From Yuukianura sp. NJ FZ-2021 (Eukaryota), in NCBI GenBank assembly GCA_046563655.1, contig CM102287.1:6448001-6512000 (forward strand): a stretch of DNA of 64,000 bases. Direction: 5' to 3'. Positions 33,101-45,029 of this stretch are shown piece by piece (position 1 is the stretch's first letter; each line of letters starts with the position of its first letter). The notes under the pieces were generated by a model, which did no database searches, was not told the DNA's origin, and saw only the letters and a list, made by a program, of their open reading frames with translations. Made by a program: the position numbers and the translations under genes.

Positions 33101-36100
33101 TGAAACTTTATAAATGCTGCTGCTTTTTCTTCATAAGTTGCGGCGGCATTATGAATTTGCCTGTGTGCCTAAACCGCACCACCTTCATTCCAAGGGTGCA
33201 AAGACAGCCAAAGATGCCTGAAATTATTATGTAAATCCGGCGTCTATCTAAAAGCTGTACAGTGAGCATTGCGGTTTGTGTATATTCCTAAATTCACTTT
33301 CAGGAGAATCTCCCAGTGAAAGTTTCAAAATGTGATCTCAAGATCCAGAAGAACCAAATGGAAGAAAGATGCGGGTTCCGTCCAAAAACCAAACTGTTTG
33401 ACTTGGCCTGAGTGAACTCTGGGTATCATTAATTGACTTTTCTTGTTTAGATGTCCTATGGGAACAAATATAGTAAACGGGTTCTATCGTACACCTTTGT
33501 AGGGTCAAGTCCAATTCGTTTGCTACGTTTGTTGGGTCTATACTAGAATTTAAGTTACGCTTGAGTTGAGTCCGAAATTAAGTCCCTTAGAAGACATCGT
33601 CTATCCAATTTCAAGTCAAGCAAATGATCCTTTGGTGACTGCTGTCTTCCTGAAGAATAAATCAGAATGGGTTTCTCAAGAACTTTTGTCCTGGAGCTAG
33701 CTTTGCATCTTGAATTCGTAAGGTAACCAATCAATATTTCTCACCGCAAAGGCAGTCCAAATTTCATTGGTTCAAGTTGACTACTTCCTGTCGCTACTTT
33801 GTTACCTTTGTTCTTGAGGTCATTCCTTTGAAGTTTTCACTTTACTATACATTCAACTTGAGACAAGGACCAGGGCAACCAGGACTAACTTCTGAATCAA
33901 AGGTTGTGTTTGACTAAAAGTTTTGCTACACCATGAAAGTATGCTGTAAAAATCCATTAAAAAGTTTTTTCCTACATAATTGCAATTAGTCCTAACGAAT
34001 AAAAGTGTTATATAAAATACTTCATGCAGAAGAGATTTTTAAATTTTGAAAGTTTATTACATCCTTAAGTAATTTATATGGGACATCTAGAGTGTTAAAA
34101 TGTTTGCACAAGAAGAAACTAATTCCGGAAACTTGTCCAATTTAACTATAGAGGAGGAGCACTTAAGTGCCCATGTAAAATCCCAAATGCAAATGCGTCC
34201 GTTTAATTAAAATGTTCTATGAATATGCATAGGAGTGCGAAGGTTTGATGGAGTCGAGTATGACACGAGTCCAGTTTTCTCTTGGTTGCTTTCACTTTTT
34301 GCTCCTTGTGTGAAGTTCAAAATGTCCACGTTTTACAATTTCTCTCTTCTGGAGTTCTTGCTTTCCTGGTAGAAAGTGGAAAGCGAAACCTCTTTCGTCC
34401 GCCCAGAGCAATGATGATGACAGGAAGGACACTTTTGTTTTCCTGGAAAACCTCTGAAGGATGCATAATTGCTTTGTTCTCCGATTCCACTTCTTCACGA
34501 GGCACTTAGGACGACTTCCAGAACGTAGAGGTTCCGGTAGCATGTACTTTTGGTCCACCACTAATGTCGTCTTGCCCAAATGAAAGCAGCCCTAACATCA
34601 AGTTAAACCTAACGAGCAACACATCACAATCCCAAATTAGAAATGCGCTATGACTCTCTGACGCCTAAAAAGCTAACGCTCTGTAGTGTTTTGGTTTTTT
34701 AGGTTAAATTAGAGTGAAACATTTGGACAATTCCCTGCTGAATTAAACTTAAGCGAAATTCGAAAAGAAAAACTTTCACACCTTCGGAAGAGGTTAGGTC
34801 TTAACTCTTAAGTAAACACTACTTTTTTCTTCGCAATCAACGGCTAGAAGTGTTGATCGAAGGAATTATGCTTTTAGATGAACTACTTCGTCTTGGGGGA
34901 AAACTTCATTTTGTATTTCCGATTTCGGCTGTCTTCAGTTCGAGAAGTTATTATTAAATTTCATATTCGATTATAAGAATTTAAACTTTCCATTTCCCTC
35001 TCAAGTTAGAATTTATTTGAAAAGCATCGAAAGAAAGTTAATAATAGAAAGTTAAGAGTCAGAAAGTCTCCAAGAAAAATTTTATGGCGAGAAAAGACGT
35101 CAAAATTTCCCTTTCATCTTCATTTGACTTTGAAGAACTCCCCAAAACTAACAGAATTCGATTTTTCTTGAGTTATACAGGCCAATATGATAATGCTTTC
35201 TCCCTAATCTTAAAGTGGATGCCCTTTTAAGTTAAATAAACTTAAAACATCTTTCAGTTTAGAAGCAACTCTCGTGGACTGTGAAAAACCAGCCTGTGAA
35301 GTGAAAATATGGGTAAATTCTTCTTGTGTGTTTTATATTTTTTGGGACTTTTTTTTTGCTTTTATAGGATTGTATTACTAACTAGCAGTTTACAAGAAAT
35401 TGAAAACTAACTGAAATCGAGCACTACTGGCGATAGGAATCTGTAGCCAACATATTTGCAGCGAGAGTGTTTACCCTTCAGGGAAAAACCCTTTTTCATA
35501 GTCTGAATATTTGGTACTTTTAAAAAATGAGCCTACTCCATTTTGAAGCAAAACAAACGGTATTTGGCATAGTATTAGTTTCCTTTTAGAGGAAAATGTT
35601 TTAAGCAACTGAGGAGAGGAATGCCCGAACAGAGGACGGACCAAATATTTAAACATAAAATATGCGACAATATGTCCTTCGATTCCAATATTTTGAAGCA
35701 AAATTACAAAACATAGGTAGTCTAAATCTCATATTACCCAAGTGGAATTGCCAAAGAAGGAATATTCTATGAATGCTCAAGTTAAAGTTTCCACGCGTAT
35801 GATACCAATTATTTTCGAACTTAAAGGATAACTAGTAATTTAGTATTATTATTGGTAATCCTTAACAAAGATACACATAACATGACGCCTTTAGGATTTG
35901 CTGCATAATGGCGTCGCCCATGCTATTCGCGTCTATAACTCCAGAACCACTGGGCTGATTTTCAATCTGTTTTCACATTTGCGTTTCACATGTCCCAAGC
36001 TTAAAACTGCAAACTTATAGCTGTTGTTTTGGAGAAAGCTTTCTCCCAAAAGAAGAATTGATGCCAATGAAGGAAAAGAGGACCTCATTTCCACTGCTTC

Positions 36101-36545
36101 ATCCCTTTTATACTTAACACAAATCTGTGAAAATGGGAATTAATACTGAAAATTCGGTTCGTTGAACAATGTTTCTACGAGATGCGGTACCGGAATTCTA
36201 ATTGGATCAACTCGCTCAGAAACGAAATTAATTAAGAACTTACTGAAACAAAAGCTTGCTGGGTGACTTTCCGTAAGATTTTATCGGTTTAATACTATGG
36301 ATTGAAAAATAAAAAAAAACAGTTTCCGGAAAGTGAAAGAAAAAATTAAATCATCGAATAATAATATTGGTAACAATATAGTTGGATTATTGGATTTAAT
36401 CCCATTCATGAAGTAATCACAGATAAGTTACTTAAGCACAAAATAGTTATCGTCACATGGAGTTTATGAGATTATCATCAATCATGCGGTAACATTGAAA
36501 CCGCTTCCTGTTGGAAGCTTAGAATTTAGCAATCTAGAAGTCAAC

Positions 36546-38407
36546 TTAGCTGCTCCTTTTAAAAACAGACTTTAGATTTTGGAATTTGTCAATAATTTCG
36601 ATACATCTATTTAGATTGTTATACACCTTCAATTTCTTCTGTACGTTAGAGATGAGTTCTTCTATTTTTTGGGAAGTTGGATTCTCTTTGTTCCAGGATC
36701 CAATCAGTCTATAAATTTCGTAACTGGAAACAACTACGGACAGTCCGCTGACCGCTCCTTCTAGAAGCCCGTAAGAAATCACTTCACCCAAGCTTGCAGT
36801 CGCCGCATCGTAAGTTTGTCCAAGAACATCCATAGATTCCAACCCAATGCCGCTTGAATAGTCCAGCACTGTTGAAATTACGTCTGGGGCGCAGGATGCC
36901 GTGTCAGCCGTCTCCATTAAACTTATAACCAACGGAGCCTCTTCTTCATGTTGAGCTAAATTCGCATGAACTGTCGATTGTAGGTTGTCACCACGATTTT
37001 GTAGAAGTGGGTGTTCAGAAGAAGTGGACTTAATAGTAAGAGTATCTTCGCCGTAGAGGTCCTTCAGCAATTGAATCATTTCATGGAATTTGGAATTCAG
37101 TGTAGCTTCCGCGTTGCTGAGCTTCTTCCCGTCCTTATGACCCACGGATTCTTCAAGCTCCTTCATGTACGTTTGATTTGATTTTGAGCAAAAGTAGGCT
37201 GTTCCCATTTTAACAACTGTTCCGCCAATTCCGACTCCTGTGGCTAACCAAGCGAGCGACGCGTAATAGCCATCCTGCCAATCATTAGCGTAAGCCATGG
37301 CCCAAAGCAAGGCAGCCAGCGATGAGCCAAAAGTTGTCGCTGCGACGCCTGACGAATGTAGAAACTTGCGACGACTCTCCATTTTTTGAATATTATTATC
37401 CAGTCTTGTAAGGACGGAAATTAAGTTGGTGGCGTGATTAGTCAATTCCAGAACAGCTTTTCCCACAGCCTTCTTACAACCTGCGAGTTTCAAAATGAAA
37501 AAAAAAATGAGCTAAAATGCGACGCTGTTGTATTGGTATGAAACAGGGTTGCCTGCTTTAAAGCGAAATGCTTTATAGCAAATGATTAAATCACGATTTA
37601 AAGCAGCAATTAAAAGCACTGCTTTAAAGCACATCAGCTATAAAGACTATTTTCGCTTAGAAAAGCACTTTCCATTGAAGAAAAGCTCGAGATTATTTTA
37701 GATAACTGTTGTTTATGAGACGATTTAAAGTCAAAGACGGTAAAATTTGACTTGAAAACAGTTAAATTGAATTTATAATATAAGTTTTGTAGTGATTTGT
37801 TCGCGTTTGCGGTTTTTCATATCAATTTCGGCTATTAAATTGTTGTTTTATAATGCTAGTGCTTTAAAGCAGAAAAAAGCGCTTTAAATCAAAAAAAGCT
37901 GCTGCTTAGCTTTTTTTCAAAAAAATCATGATTTTTATCCACCCTGGTATGAAAGAATATAAATTAATCAATTTCTGGAATAACGAATTTAACTTTTAAA
38001 TGATTAGCTGTGACGTGAAACTTGTTCAGAAAACACTAGTGTCATACTTCAGCACTTTTGCCTCTACATATCCATTTCGCTGGGGATTTCCATCTTGCTA
38101 CTTCCGTCTTTTTTTAATACTGTCCACTTGAACTGTTGAAATTTTTGTTTTTTTATTTGGCAGTATATCAGCTTGGACGGGGAAGACAAAAACAGAAGTA
38201 CTGAAACTGAACTGTGATTTACTATGTTGCCACTGAAGAGAAAATTGTGTATACTTTTCTAATTAACCTAAACCGAAACTCTTAATGCCAGCGTGTATAA
38301 TTCATCATACCTCTAAGCTGCTTCACCTTATTCAGAACACAGTTTCCGGCTTCTTTGAAACGTTGATTACCGGTCCATTTGCCGGTGCCGGCACTGATGG
38401 AATCCAT
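36546..38407 (-). CDS. Apolipoprotein-L-like protein (~343 aa)
   Basis: Exons 38407-38311 and 37480-36546 join in phase 1. The layout is ApoL-like: an amphipathic helix, a Gly/Ala-rich double hydrophobic hairpin ('GVAATTFGSSLAALLWA...ASLAWLATGVGIGGTVV'), a late hydrophobic segment ('GAVSGLSVVVSSYEIYRL') and a C-terminal coiled coil ('PTSQKIEELISNVQKKL'). Confidence 0.6.
37544..37946. mobile_element. hAT-like MITE (403 bp) in the ApoL-like intron
   Basis: Termini CAGGGTTG...CCACCCTG, with a perfect 8-bp TSD GTATGAAA at 37536-37543 and 37947-37954. Subterminal GCTTTAAAGC palindromes are repeated. Confidence 0.85.
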
Positions 38408-39201
38408 TTCTAAAAAAGAAAGTAATTTTATATTGGTTAAGGGTAGTACCAGTACCTTTCTTTCATTGTAGTCTATAAGTATACTAAAAAAATACTGATC
38501 TCAAAATTATTTCTCAAGTAGACTAAAATAACAAGGCGTTTACTTATTATATTATAAATACAATAATACCTCTTCACTAACGAAAGCACTTATACACAAG
38601 TACCCTCCTTGGTTTAGTTGTCGGAAATGACGTGTGGCTAAAAGTCAGATCAAAAAGTTAACTTTTTTGCCACTGCTAAGTCCAAACTTGGTTTAGGTGG
38701 AGGTGGCTGGATACGCCACTTTTATTCATTTGATTTCCTAAAAGAGAACTGAAGCACTGAAGGTGAAGGTGATGAGAATCAATCAACTCAAAAATCTATT
38801 CGTCAAATAAATGTAACAATATGTTAAGATTATCACTCTTCTTCAGCTTACGTGTACTATCGAATTCAAAAGTTCCCCAGTTCCTCCGATGCCCAAGTGA
38901 CGCTCACCTGCCATCCACATGGAATTTAAAAACCCAGTAGTTAAAGTGACCTAAAGAGGATAAAACGACATACTATTAAATAGAAAATAGTAAGCGATGT
39001 GGAGAGAAACGGCGACAGGTGATTTCAAAATAAGTTTGATCTAAAAATGTTCATCTGATTGAATTTGAATTCTGAGAAATCTCTTTCGGAATCTGTATGC
39101 GCTTTTTCCCGCTGCTACTGAATTTTCGGTTGAGGTAAGGTTTAACGAGCGCTATGACACCCAAATGGTGTAAGCGCTGGCGGCTTTCTTGATGGCTACG
39201 T

Positions 39202-39232
39202 TTGTCCCGCAACATTAAATGTTGCGGGACAA
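39202..39232. repeat. 31-bp palindrome (15-bp arms, 1-nt spacer)
   Basis: TTGTCCCGCAACATT-A-AATGTTGCGGGACAA. Confidence 0.85.
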
Positions 39233-39920
39233 TCTACTATCGTGGGATAGTACTTTTATCAAAAAAAAAAAGTTTTTTTTTTTGAAAAAAAGAAGAAGTT
39301 TTTTTTCCGCGTCATATTCTTGCTTACAGAAGACCCTCCAAGTTAGCAAATTTTTTCTCTCTCTTTTCTCACTTGTGGGTACCGTAATCGTTCAAAAATT
39401 CGGAGGGAAAGGGTTACCTTTGTAAACTTTTTGTTCACAAACTGATGAGTAAAGATAAGAATGAACCCCAGACTGGAACTTTACGATAACAAGGTGGAGC
39501 TTTCTTTGAATCCAACCAATAGGAGCGATTTGCTAACTTGGAGGGCTCTCTGTACTAAGGTCCATTACATTATAAAAACACACAAAAATTTTTTATTTTC
39601 AACAAAAGTAATCCCACGATACCAGGCAGTAGACTTTTACCGCCGTAGCCGCTACATACCGAAGAATTATTAGTGATGGCAACGCTGCCTTAGAATTTTC
39701 CCGAGATACCTCTCGAGATACCCGAGAACCTATACCTCACCAGTGTTGGTGGATACTTTAAACGTCAAGTCGGTTAATGTCCGTCCATCTCCACTGGACA
39801 TCAATCACTCAGTGGACGAAATGAGGCCCAAATGGGCGACGTCCGATCGGTGATTGCAAGAAAGGAGAAGCGCCGAAAACGAACGGTATGGGGGGAGACC
39901 TTACGCAAAATATTGCAAAA

Positions 39921-40338
39921 GTTGCTGCGTTAACGATTTCGTAATAACGAGTACAAAGTACAGAAATTCCAAGTATAAAACGTAGCGCAGTAAATCGCAA
40001 CTCAGAAAAGCGTAGAGCAGAAAATTCCAGCGAGGAAATTCGTCACCCAGAAAATCCTAGCGCGGCAATTTGTAGCGCGTAAAATCGTAGTACAGTAGGA
40101 CTGTAGTAGTAGACAGTAGAGTAGAGGTCGCCTTCTAATTCCAATTTTACGGTACCGCACTTTTGGGTGAAAGAAGCCAAGTCGTTCTGATTTGGGATAC
40201 CCTACTGTACGCGCTACGCGCGTATTTTACGCGCTACGAATTTCAGTGCTAAGATTTTCCGCGCTGTGATTTGCTCGTACCTAGTAAAACGTAATTTCTT
40301 TACTTTGTGCTCGTTATACAGAAACTTAACGCAGCTAC
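39921..40338. mobile_element. Old degenerate foldback/MITE with ~15-bp internal subrepeats
   Basis: Imperfect inverted ends 'gttgctgcgttaacgatttcgtaataacgagtacaaagta' and 'tactttgtgctcgttatacagaaacttaacgcagctac'. Internal 'gtagcgcgtaaaat'/'attttacgcgctac' repeats are mirrored. Confidence 0.65.
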
Positions 40339-40442
40339 TTAATAAGGTTTATCTTAAATTTTTTTTCGCATACTATGTTGGAACATATACGTAGCCGCTC
40401 TCTTTGAAAATTCATGTACAGTTCTAAAGGAGGGCAAGTATC

Positions 40443-41554
40443 TATGGAGGGAGTTGGGTGACAAAATTATTTTTAAGTTTCGCGCGTTAAAACATGTTCC
40501 ACCAATTAAAAACTAACGTTTTCGCGTATTACTTTAATGCGCGAAAACTTTTTTTAATTGCAGTAATTTTAAATTGCAGAAAAATTTTAACGCGCGAAAA
40601 AGTCTAAGCGTACGTTAACGGAACGTACGCTTAGGAACGTACGCTTAGGAAACGTACGCTTAGGGAACGTACGCTTAGAAAACTTACGCTTTAGAATGCA
40701 TGTCCAATAGAAATAACATTGCCAGAACTGATCAGAATTAGTATTCTGTAAATTATTATTTATTGTCTATTATTATTTATTATTTATTATCTATTGTAAA
40801 CTATAAAACACTTCTTTTCTCATATGCTTTGTAAGGTTTTCAAAAATGTGTAGCCTCATCCAGTGTTGCTGGATATCCACTTTTTTGACATTTCGTCCAC
40901 GGCTGGACAAAAAAGATCAAAAGGAGTTTCTTTTATTGCTAAAATTAAGTATTTATTTAAAACTCAAAAACGACATTTCCTTTGTTTTTGTACGGTATTT
41001 TGAATTTCTTAAGTTTTTTGGATTTAAGTATTTCAAACCACGCGGGCAAAGCTCCACCCCTTTGGATTCGTGCATTTCTTCCTGTGGATATCCAGCCGTG
41101 GCCGAAATGTCGAAAAAGTGGATATCCAGCAACACTGGATGAGGCTACACATTTTTGAAAACCTTACAAAGCATATGAGAAAAGAAGTGTTTTATAGTTT
41201 ACAATAGATAATAAATAATAAATAATAATAGACAATAAATAATAATTTACAGAATACTAATTCTGATCAGTTCTGGCAATGTTATTTCTATTGGACATGC
41301 ATTCTAAAGCGTAAGTTTTCTAAGCGTACGTTCCCTAAGCGTACGTTTCCTAAGCGTACGTTCCTAAGCGTACGTTCCGTTAACGTACGCTTAGACTTTT
41401 TCGCGCGTTAAAATTTTTCTGCAATTTAAAATTACTGCAATTAAAAAAGTTTTCGCGCATTAAAGTAATACGCGAAAACGTTAGTTTTTAATTGGCGGAA
41501 CATGTTTTAACGCGCGAAACTTAAAAATAATTTTGTCACCCAACTCCCTCCATA
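40443..41554. mobile_element. Young 1112-bp foldback element with ~418-bp TIRs and a 6-bp TSD (AGTATC)
   Basis: 40443-40860 is the reverse complement of 41138-41554, with one substitution and one homopolymer indel seen by eye. AGTATC occurs at 40437-40442 and 41555-41560. The arms contain tandem CGTACGCTTAG motifs. Confidence 0.9.
40861..41137. mobile_element. CAGTGTTG-type (hAT-like) MITE forming the centre of the foldback
   Basis: TIRs CAGTGTTGCTGGATATCCACTTTTT...AAAAAGTGGATATCCAGCAACACTG. Relatives occur at 39741 (partial), 56222-56415 and 56460-56682. Confidence 0.8.
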
Positions 41555-41562
41555 AGTATCAC

Positions 41563-42266
41563 TGATGAGTGAGGTGAGCCACTTCTACCCCCGTATTTCT
41601 CAAATTGCCCCAGGTCAACATGCGCAAAAGGACAATTACGGTTGGCTGTATTTCCGGTGGTACGGCAACACGTTATTCACGGTTGCGGTGACCTGAAAGG
41701 ACAATTACGGTTGTGCGGTATTACTGTATTTCCGGTGGTACGGCAACACGTTATTCACGGTTGCGGTGACCTGAAAGGACAATTACGGTTGTGCGGTATT
41801 ACAGTATTTCCGGGAAATCTCTCCAAATCGACGACTACCGGAAGGACGAGGAGAGCAGCAGAAGGCAAACGGCGGAACACCTGTATGTTTGTAAATATAT
41901 TTACCGTAAATGACTAAACGTACATTTGAGTTATGCTTACGCGGCGTTTTGATAAAAGCCTGTAAGCATAATTCTCATTCCAAAATTATGCGGGTAGTCC
42001 ATTTGTTGCTTAGCAACGCACGTGTATACTTACCTTTTGACGTCAGTACCCTATTACTACTACTATTATTATTTCGTCGTACCACCGGAAATACTGTAAT
42101 ACCGCACAACCGTAATTGTCCTTTCAGGTCACCGCAACCGTGAATAACGTGTTGCCGTACCACCGGAAATACAGTAACACCGCGCAACCGTAATTGTCCT
42201 TTTGCGCATGTTGACCTGGGGCAATTTGAGAAATACGGGGGTAGAAGTGGCTCACCTCACTCATCA
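41563..42266. mobile_element. 704-bp foldback element with TG...CA ends, a 6-bp TSD (TATCAC) and 78-bp tandem units in the arms
   Basis: TIR TGATGAGTGAGGTGAGCCACTTCTACCCCCG... is mirrored at 42266. TATCAC occurs at 41557-41562 and 42267-42272. Tandem units start at 41627, 41696 and 41774, with inverted copies at about 42078-42200. Confidence 0.9.
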
Positions 42267-42483
42267 TATCACCTTTTGAAAAAAACAAAACAGGAACGCA
42301 GAGCTAATCTTCTTCCTGCAAATTGAATTGTCCAACGAGCTAGATATACAGCACTCACCAACCAGCTTACGACATATGACTTTATTTATTTTTGGACAAT
42401 AATTGGTCTAATATTTTTTCCAATTTCAGTTAATGCAAAATTAAATAAATTAAAAGGAATGAGAATTCGCGTCTTCGTATGCG

Positions 42484-43997
42484 TTACTTAATTTTCGTAA
42501 CGGCGTCGGGTCCACTTCTGAAGACCTCAATATTTACCATCTCATCGCCAGCAGTTGCGAATGGTTGAAATACGATGTCATCCTGTTCTGGAAAGGTCAA
42601 TTCCACATCTTCTGTATTTTTCACCGCCTCATTCGTCCAAGGTGGCACGGTATCATGAGTAGAGGTCAATGGTCCACCGTCATCCGTTGTGGGAATCTCG
42701 ACCTCATCATTTGTCCCATATTGACCCTGTGCGTCTTCCTTTGTTGATGTCGTTACTACCAATTGGTCCTCTGTTGTAACGATTTTCTCCGTCTGATCAA
42801 TCACTTTAGTACATGTTGTGAAGTCATGATGGCTTTCTTGCGTAGACGTTGATTCTTGACGGTGTTCTCTTGTGGAGATTGTCCCTTGCGGACTGCTATC
42901 CTGTAAAGTATTTGTACATATCGCGTCTTCATCATCGCCTCCACGTGGAATCCTATCTTCGTCATCATCGTCCCAGTATACGTCGGAGTCAGACTCATAG
43001 TATGAGCTGCCAGTACTACTAGCGGAGTCAGACTCGGAGTATGAGCTGCCAGTACTACTAGTGGAGTCAGACTCGGAGAATGAGCTACCAGTACTGCTAC
43101 TTTCAACCTCCATAGTTTCCTCGAGTACCATTTCATTCTTCACCTGTTTCGTTTCCGGATCTTGAGTCGGAACTTCAACTGTTTTAATATACAAGGATAA
43201 ACAATTCAAATACAGTCACATTATCAATGCAGGATCAACTTCATGAAAAGATAGAAAAAAAATAGTTTTTTGACCTTTTGGGTCACAGAGGTCACAGGGA
43301 CCATGAACACCCTTTGTTTCGTCAAAAAATATGAAAAAAATATTTCTTTGTTGGTTTGATCCTTTGATCTTCAAATTGAGGTATAACCTCTGCGAGAGGT
43401 CACAGGGTCATAGGTCATTTGGACTAAAAATGATTCTCTCATCGAGCTGGAAAACTTTTGTAGAGGGCATTTTTAAGGTTTCTGGAAGCATATCATCAAC
43501 TCTGAACTTTGAATGTTTAGAAAATCTTTCGACTCCATATCCATTTGTAATTGCGCCAAATCAATTTGAGCAAAAGTGAAATGGCCAGAGGTGAAAAGAC
43601 CAGAAGGGAACTGGTCAAAAAGTGAAATGACGACGGGCTGTGAAAAGGCTAGAAGTGAAATGGTCAAAAAGTGAAATGGCCAGAAATAAAATAGCCAAAA
43701 AGTGAAACCATCAAAATACGAAAACGTCAAAAAGTGAAACCGCCAAAATACGAAAACGCCAAAAAGTGGGGGGAAAAAATGAAAAATGACAAAGCCGTTC
43801 ATACCTGGAATTGGACGAGGAACGCGAGAGAGCCGTTTCGGCAAAAGATCTTCGTGCGTAGTGATTTTGTGGTTAATAAATTCTGGAACAGATTTGTACA
43901 CTTCTTTGCAGTACTTGCAAACGAAATGAAAGGTATGGTTCTTGAAGACACACTCTTTCACGACCCCGTTCGACTTCCTCTTTCTGTTATCAGACAT
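42484..43997 (-). CDS. Orphan protein: N-terminal basic patch, single C2H2 zinc finger, long acidic Ser/Thr-rich tail (~295 aa)
   Basis: Exons 43997-43805 and 43178-42484 join in phase 1 (888 nt). 'RKRK' is followed by 'CKYCKEVYKSVPEFINHKITTH', then three 39-bp repeats encoding SSTGSS(F/Y)xESDS. Confidence 0.6.
43570..43770. repeat. ~15-bp-period tandem repeat (CAAAAAGTGAAA core), probably a transposon subterminal array, intronic
   Basis: Repeated 'ccagaagtgaaatgg / tcaaaaagtgaaa / ccaaaatacgaaaacg' units. Confidence 0.7.
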
Positions 43998-45029
43998 TCT
44001 GCCATTGCCAAAACAGACTCAAAATTAGTCATCTAACATTTAAAAACTAATCTACTGGCTAGTTAGTTCAATAATTGTAAGAATTAAAAGTATACCTAAC
44101 TCGCTATTTGCAAAACCATACTAATAATGTAAATAACAAACTCTGTACCGCAACTGATGTAGTAGCTGGATACTTTCGTTTAATCAAATTAAAACTTCAC
44201 ACTTTACCAATAAAGAAACAACTGACTAGTTAAATAAGCTGTTTACCTTTATCTGTCGTCTATACTAAAAAATTCTGTTGTCACCTTCCTCAAGGTACAA
44301 CAGTACATACATGCACAACAACACAGGGATAATTTAGGAATAATGTTAATATTATTCCTGTAAGTTTGCTAAAACTAGAGAAATACGTACTTTAATTGAT
44401 TACCTTTGCGAAAATACTGTATCGTGTCGTTACCAGTTTAGAATATATCCTTGGCTAAATTAATTAACTTAAATACTAAAAACTTCTGTTGCTTTAGAAA
44501 AGCCAATACAGGGTTGTACAAATGTAGCGTTTTACAAACGAAACAATGAGGGACGCTAATGTTAAAATAAGTTTATTACCACTAGTGCGCAAGTTACTTC
44601 CTTAATCCCTTAGTATATTATGTTTTTAACATTCGAAACTTAAATTAATTTCCGCTACACGTATTAATTACTTCGTAAAATCGATTTACGATGCAAGGGC
44701 AGGTTATACGGAAAACTGTAATAACCCAATAAAAATCTATGCTGCCGGTTAGCGTGCGAAAGAGGATAAATTACAGTGATTTGTTGAAAATTAAAACTCT
44801 AACAATCTATTCATTCATGAGAGAAAAGTGAAAGCAGTTAGATATATATTCTAGGTCTTTCCAAATTAAGGAAAACATCTATGAAATTCTTTTTCAGTGT
44901 GATATGATAACTTACTCTTTTAAAACTTTAATTTAAACATCTAAACCTTATTCTTTTAGGTTTAGTTGATTAACTTTGCAAAAAGCTATCGAACATTCGA
45001 TTTTTTGAAATTTAAAATTAATTTCAAAC

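Noticed and set aside
27400..36400. Many 60-95-aa ORFs, and a possible CCHamide precursor gene next to the receptors
   Set aside because: There is no coding signature and no C-x-x-x-G-H-x-C-x-G-x-H-G-K-R motif. The region looks like receptor leader or regulatory DNA.
38047..38132. Candidate extra exon in the ApoL-like intron
   Set aside because: It contains a stop in the required phase, and the flanking exons already join in frame without it.
41627..41815. 78-bp repeats as a CRISPR-like array or a repeat-protein ORF (ORFs 41642-41917, 41975-42187)
   Set aside because: The units are contiguous with no unique spacers, there are no cas genes, and the repeats are mirrored in the opposite TIR. 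The ORFs are by-products of the 3n unit length.
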